From: Gracilinanus agilis
Lineage: Eukaryota
Length of the DNA stretch: 64,000 bases
Reading direction: 5' to 3'
Assembly (NCBI RefSeq): GCF_016433145.1
Contig: NC_058130.1
Coordinates: 132,533,157 to 132,597,156 of the forward strand
This document shows, in pieces, positions 58,410 through 64,000 of this stretch. The notes below the pieces were generated by a model. It was not told the origin of the DNA, did not search any database, and saw nothing but the letters and a program-made list of their open reading frames with translations. The first letter of the stretch is position 1. Each line of letters starts with the position of its first letter. The position numbers were made by a program, and so were the translations under genes.

Positions 58410-59378
58410 GCACTGGATACTCCCATGCTCAAAATTCTTCAGTGGTTCTCTGTTGACACTAAAATAAAATACCAATTGCTCAAATAGAATCATAGTTTTA
58501 GAAATAGATCTCTTAGGAATGATCTAGTTCAACCTTCTCACTTTACAGAGGAAGAAACTGAGGCCAGAAAAGGCTAAGTGACTTTCTCAAGTCTTTGCTT
58601 CTTAAAATATGTAGCTTCTTTCAGGGCTTAGCTCACGTGCCATACCTGAGAAGACTTTTCTTGATTCCCCTGGTTGTTAGCTTTCCCTTCCCCTCAGTCT
58701 TTGCTATGAATCTGAGCTATTTCCATCAGTAGCCTATAAGCTCCCTGAGGACAAAAACTACTTTGGTTTTTGTCTTTGTAGCTTCTTTAAAGGTATCCAA
58801 TGGTAATTCACACTTCTTTTCACAAAGTGCTTTCCTCACAACTCTAATGGAGGTCAAATCTTTATTACCTCATTTTACAGATGAAACTAAGACTCAGAGT
58901 GGTTAAGAAATTTACCCCATATCACACTGCTAGAGAAAAAACAGAACCAGAATTCAAAATAGGTCTCCTATTTGGAGGTCTTTCCTTTCACTCTACCATA
59001 TTGCTCAGTACCAAATTCATCTATAGGATTTTAGAGGTCAGAGAGCTTGCTGTAGGCTAGGATGATCAGGGGAGACTTCTGGGGAGAGGACCTTAGCTGA
59101 TCCAATTTTCCTCAATGCCTTCCCTTCCTCATTAGTCTTATAGATGAGAAAAAATGAGGAAAAGGAAAGAGAAATCACTTGGAAGTGAGACTCGAGCTGC
59201 ACAGAGTAATAGAGCTCTCTGTTTGAAAGACAGTGAATAATTGGGTCTAGCTACAGTAGGATATTAGCATATGGGAACACTGGAAGATAAGGGTGAATAA
59301 GCAAGGTGGGGCCAGACTGCCCAGGATGAGAGGGATGATTTAAATGCCTGGCAAAGAAGTGTGTACAGGACAAAATAG

Positions 59379-59571
59379 GGGCAGCTAATGGCTCGGCTGT
59401 TTTGGAGCTGAGAGATGGGAGCCAAGGCTGGGTTCAAATCTATTTTCAGACACTTCTAGCTGTGGGACCCTGGGCAAGTCACTTAACCACCCCAGTTTCC
59501 TAGTCCTTCCTGCTCTTTTATCTTGGAACTTGTCCTTAGTATCAATTATAAGACAGAGGGAAAGGTTTTTT
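59379..59571 (+). mobile_element. Diverged CORE-SINE
   Basis: 12-bp TSD aggacaaaatag at 59367-59378 and 59572-59583. Confidence 0.85.
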
Positions 59572-59599
59572 AGGACAAAATAGAAGGACTGGTTCTTGC

Positions 59600-59807
59600 T
59601 TTTTTTTTTTTTTTAAACCCTTACCTTATGTCTTAGAATCAATACTCTGTATTGGTTCCAAGGCAGAAAAGCAGTAAGGGCTGGGCAATGGGGATTAAGT
59701 GACTTGCCCAGGGTGACCCAGCTAGGAAGTGTCTGAGGTCAGATTTGAGCCTAGGACCTCCTGTCTCTAGACCTAGCTCTCAATCCACTGAGCCACCCAG
59801 CTGCCCC
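59600..59807 (-). mobile_element. SINE1
   Basis: Poly-T, aaacccttaccttatgtcttagaatcaatac tail and head gagccacccagctgcccc. Confidence 0.9.
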
Positions 59808-59852
59808 TTCAAGTCATTTTTTTATAATAGTAAAGACAGATACCCCATAGAT

Positions 59853-60064
59853 GAGGGGTCCTTAATCTGGGATCTGTAAACTTGTGTGTGTATATCTTTC
59901 TGTCTGTGTGTGTATTTTGCTGTTTTTCAATATAATTGGTTTCTTTTGAAATCCTGTGTATTTTGTTTCATGCCTTCAAAAACATTATTCTGAGATGGGG
60001 TCCATAGACTTCACCAGACTGCCAAAGGGGTTCAAGACCCAAAAAAAAAGGTTAAGAGCTCCTG
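59853..60064 (+). mobile_element. hAT-Charlie MITE (Charlie4z-like)
   Basis: gaggggtccttaatctggg...ttcaatataattggtttc...ggggtccatagacttcaccagactgccaaagggg..ggttaagagctcctg. Confidence 0.82.
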
Positions 60065-60249
60065 ATTTAGTCTAACCTCCTTAATACCCAGAGGAGAAAG
60101 CTAAGTAAGATCCAGAGCAAAGTAATTTGCTCTAAGATACATAGGAAATTAGTAGCTAAGCTGCATCACCTGACTCTTGGCTCAGAGCTCTATCCATTCA
60201 TTGCACCACGTCGTTGCTTCCTGCTGAAAATGGCCATACACAGAGGAAA

Positions 60250-60640
60250 TGACAACCCCCAGAGAGGAAACATCTAAAAATCATAAAAATTCAGTTGATC
60301 GATTTCAGGAAAATCAGTTGCGATAGGCTTAGGGCAAAGGACAAAAAAATGCTGTGGGAAAGAGAAAGAAAAGAAGTCCTAGAAATCTGGATGATCTTTG
60401 AGGAAATTGTCCCAAGAGCCAAAAAGTTGATTGATTACCCCAGGGCAGAGAAAGGAAACCCAGCTGGAAGCATAGACCAAAGGCTGAAATGAAGGCTGGT
60501 GTCTCAGAGAACCTGAAAAAGCAATAGGAATGCAAAACGTGTGGGAACCAAACCAGGTCGCCCAGGAAACGAGGAATCAGACTTGCTTATAGGGTCAAGA
60601 TCAAGAAAGGCAGAACTAATGAAGGGGAGTAGATTTCCAA
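60250..60640 (+). mobile_element. CR1/L3 LINE ORF2 remnant (post-endonuclease linker)
   Basis: ORF 60295-60492 DFRKISCDRLR..LWE..W.IFEE.V.RA resembles CR1 DFRKADF..LR...W...W..FK..IL.AQ. Confidence 0.5.
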
Positions 60641-61073
60641 AGAGAGAGAATAATTGTAAAAAGAAGGCAAAGGAACAGGTAAACTACCCCATCCACACAC
60701 ACAAAAACATACATGCATACATCTATCTCATAGCTAAAGAGGGAAAGGTATTAACTGCTTATATTAGAAATCTATAAGCTTTTAATACTTCAAAGAGTAA
60801 TAATAGCTATTACTGAACTCATTTATCACTTAGTGAACTCATCAGAGTGGGCACTACTTCTGAAGAGAAAGAGGGTGAAGGAAAAGTCATTAGAACAAGG
60901 AACCCACTGGTGATTTATTTCATAGGTGAGTTTTTCTGGCTCTGTAACACCTAATCCCTTATTGGAATACCTCAATGGATCCATTATCTAATAGGATGGA
61001 CCTCTCTCTCCCCTCACTCCCACCAGGACAGCTTTGAATCCACACCACAGCCTGGCCTCTTTTTGTCCATGCC

Positions 61074-61220
61074 TTTTTTTTTAAACCCTTAACTTCTGTG
61101 TATTGGCTCCTAGGTGGAAGAGTGGTAAGGGTGGGCAATGGGGGTCAAGTGACTTGCCCAGGGTCACACAGCTGGGAAGTGTCTGAGGTTGGATTTGAAC
61201 CCAGGACTTCTTGTCTCTAG
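61074..61220 (-). mobile_element. 5'-truncated young SINE1
   Basis: TSD gtccatgcc(+T run) at 61065-61073 and 61221-61229. Confidence 0.9.
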
Positions 61221-62189
61221 GTCCATGCCCTTTTTCATGGAGGATTCTACTAAATCTTCATCCTGGGACTGCATCGTGCCCATCTCTTTAGCCTAGGTGG
61301 TCTCTCGGGGAGCATTACTGGTATTAGGAACATCTGTAGTGAACTTTGACTTTAGAAAACTCTTTTAGAATAGATATGCCCAGTGAGTGGAAGAGATATG
61401 CCCTGAGGAAGAAGAGAGGATTGCAGGAATTCAATATGTCATTTCTTTTCTTAGCTTCATCATCAGTCTTGAAATCAACACCAGATTTGCCTGGTAAAAG
61501 GAGTTAGATGATACTGTCTTTCTCTGTTTTCCAAATGGTCTATCAAGTGTAGAAGTTACTTGCTCTTTAAAAGTGTGGTCAAATTCACTTGTGAATCCAT
61601 CTGGGACTCAGTATCCTTTTGAATGTTCTGTCTAATGTCGCCTTCTAAAGGGCCCGAGGCAATTTATTAACCATTGCCCAATATAGGAACAGAATGGTGA
61701 ACTAGTCCATTTCCATCTCAGTCAGAAGCATCAGTGGGTTTAAATTACAACAGGAAAGACTCAGGTGAACTATTGGGGAAAAAATGTATTTTTAGAGTCT
61801 TTTAATTGCTAGACCATAGGACCAAGGAGACCTTGTAATCAATCTCCATTCTTATGGAGTATAAAGTCTCCTCTACCTGGATTGTTTTTAGCTTATAGCA
61901 ACCTTAGACTTATAATATCATTTCACCCAATAGACCTCCTACCTAACCTCAGGTGGGCATGGAATAATGACAGTGTTAGAACCAAAAGGGATCTTGGAGA
62001 TCATCTTGTCTCATGCCTTCCTTTAAAACTGATAAAACTGAGGTCCAGAGAGGTCAAGTAATTTTCCAAGATCACAAAGCTAGTTAGAGACAGAGTACAG
62101 ACTTGAATACAAATCTAACTTAACAAGGTCTTTTTCCAACACCTGAAGTTTTTTTCCTGGGTAGAAGGTCCTTCCATGGTGTATTTGAG

Positions 62190-63000
62190 GGGCATTGAGA
62201 TTAGCATAATTGAATCTTAGGGTACATGTCAGAGAGTGGCAGGATATGAAGCTGGAAAGGCAAGTTAAAGTCAGATAATGAAGGCTAAGGAATTTGGGCT
62301 TTTTCCAGTAGGTCAGTGATCTGAGAACCACTAGGGATCCCCAAGATCCTTTTAGGGGTTCTAAGAGAACAAATTTTCATAAGTATAAGACATTTCAATT
62401 TCTAAGATGGTAAATACTGATAGATATACCCCACACAAACAAAAGTCCTCCGAATGGTCCTAAATAATTTTTAAGAGTGTACAAGTGTACTGATGCCAAA
62501 AAAGTTCAAGAACCACTAGGAAGCCACTGGAAATCTCAGGACAATAGAGGGATGGGGTCAGAGCTTTGCTGTAGGAGAACTGTTCTGGTGATTTAAGTAT
62601 AATGGATTGGGAAGAAGAGACCTAGGTGAAAGACTGGAGGCAGGCAGACTAGAAAAAAGGCCATAACAATCCAGGTAAAAGCTGATGAGGATATCCTGAC
62701 AGTGGGGATGAAGAGGAAAAACAAATTCAAACATCTTAGAAGAAAGAGTCAACAGGATTTGGAGACTGAAAGGTATAAGGAGAAAAATGACTAAAATGTC
62801 AGATATAGAGATTCTGAGAAGCCTGCATGATGAGGTGAATGCCATTCATAGAAATAGTCTTTTTTCTCCCCCCCTCTACCCCACTGACCCCATTCCAAAG
62901 AGTGTGTCGGAGAAGGAGAGAGAAGAGGACCAGAATATAAAGAGAAGAACCTAGGGCCTAGAACTTGGACAAAACTAGGGGTAGAGATAAAATTAAGAGA
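62190..63000 (-). mobile_element. L2 fragment containing a hAT MITE
   Basis: Minus-strand ILISFYLDCYGLFSSLPASSLSP (ORF 62558-62845) is a typical L2 LDYC..GLP..LSP remnant. Confidence 0.7.
62313..62518. mobile_element. hAT-Charlie MITE (Charlie1/MER5-group-like)
   Basis: Ends cagtgatctgagaacc..ggatccccaagatcc and ..aaaaagttcaagaaccacta; internal taaataatttttaagagtgta. Confidence 0.65.
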
Positions 63001-63049
63001 GTAAAACAAATATACAAAGAATGACTTAACAGATTGGAGTCAGAGGGGT

Positions 63050-63900
63050 AAAAGGGATTAGATTTCCATTTTTAATTGTACTCACTTGAAAAGAATATAC
63101 AATGGGAGAAAATTATAGGCGAGAATAAAAGAATGCAAGTCCTTCTCCTTAATCCACAAATTCAGCCTCCAATGGCCCTTTTAAATACCATTTTTTCACA
63201 TCATAATCAATTCTAGGTATGGCTATACACATAACCCTTTGTCCCCAGAACTAAAAACTCCCTTAGATCAAAGAATAACAATTAAGCAAAAACAATCAAT
63301 ACAGTGACCACGTCTGATCAAAGTATGTGCTATTCTGCCCTGGTATGCTTCCCAGTTTCCTTAGAGAAGGAAAATATTTTTATTATCTTTTCTCTGGGAC
63401 CAAGATTACTTATTAGAGACATGCTGAGTTTCAATGTCCTTGTAGTGTTGTTTTCATTTATGTTGTTGTCAATGTGTATATTCTTCCGATTCAGCTTGCT
63501 TTACTACACATCAGTTCATAAAAATCTTCCTATGTTTCTCTGAATTTCTATTCATCACTTCTTACTACACATTAATATTCCATATATTTATGTTCATACA
63601 TTTCCCAATTGATGGGCACCCATTTTGTTTCCAGCATATTGTTAAGAAATAAAGGGCCACTATCAATATTTTGGTATATTTTGGACATTCTTCTTGCTGA
63701 CTTTTACCTCATTGGGGTTTATAATGGAATTCATAGGTCAACATTTGACCCTGAGTTTGAACATTTTAGTCACTTTTCTCACATAAATCCAGACGGTTTT
63801 TCAGAATCAATAGTCCAAGCCAGAGCTTGATCCACAATATAGTAGTGTGAGATAAATTCATTTTGATTAGACTAAGGCATCTTCTTCCCCAGAAGGAATA
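63050..63900 (-). mobile_element. Old L1 3' region (ORF2 end and 3' UTR)
   Basis: cagcttgctttactacacatcagttcataaaaatcttcc..ttcccaattgatgggcaccc..ttttgtttccag pattern on +, i.e. L1 antisense. Confidence 0.72.
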
Positions 63901-64000
63901 GTTGATATGATTAACCTACTACCTTTATCACCTGAAAGAGGGCAGAGGCCCCAAGGAGAAAAAGTTGCAAGAGATATACACCCAAAGTTTGGCCATCAGA

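Noticed and set aside
58152-58493. Poly-Met / poly-His ORFs
   Set aside because: They come from an (ATG)14 repeat in a SINE tail and read through an N-gap.
6266-61220. tRNA-like A/B-box sequences as tRNA genes, and the recurring ~200-bp unit as a CRISPR-like or novel array
   Set aside because: These are heads of dispersed CORE-SINEs in both orientations with TSDs. They have no tRNA 3' half and no regular repeat-spacer periodicity.

Overview
This is repeat-dense marsupial genomic DNA, most likely opossum (Monodelphis). The attribution rests on many CORE-SINEs with the Monodelphis-type SINE1 tail and MAR1-type RTE/BovB tail, plus opossum-type L1 ORF2 and 3' ends. I found no recognisable protein-coding exon, RNA gene or CRISPR array. 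The one clear gene feature is a CpG island (~25.9-27.2 kb) holding an apparently non-coding first exon on + that ends in a perfect CAG|GTAAGT donor at 26572/26573. The gene cannot be named from this sequence, and the remaining ~37 kb is probably its first intron. The rest is layered TE debris: L2, MIR, CR1/L3, RTE-clade LINEs, L1, young SINE1 copies with clean TSDs, and hAT-Charlie MITEs. There are also microsatellites and three N-gaps. I see no convincing new biological system. The best leads are modest: (i) an inverted pair of RTE fragments with twin-priming-like geometry, (ii) patches of retained CpG inside ancient repeats that suggest unmethylated regulatory DNA, (iii) two Charlie MITEs abutting the same MIR site, (iv) CTCF-like and MEF2/E-box-like motif clusters, and (v) a small local duplication. 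Repeat family names come from my own recognition, not a database search, and many boundaries are approximate to tens of bp.
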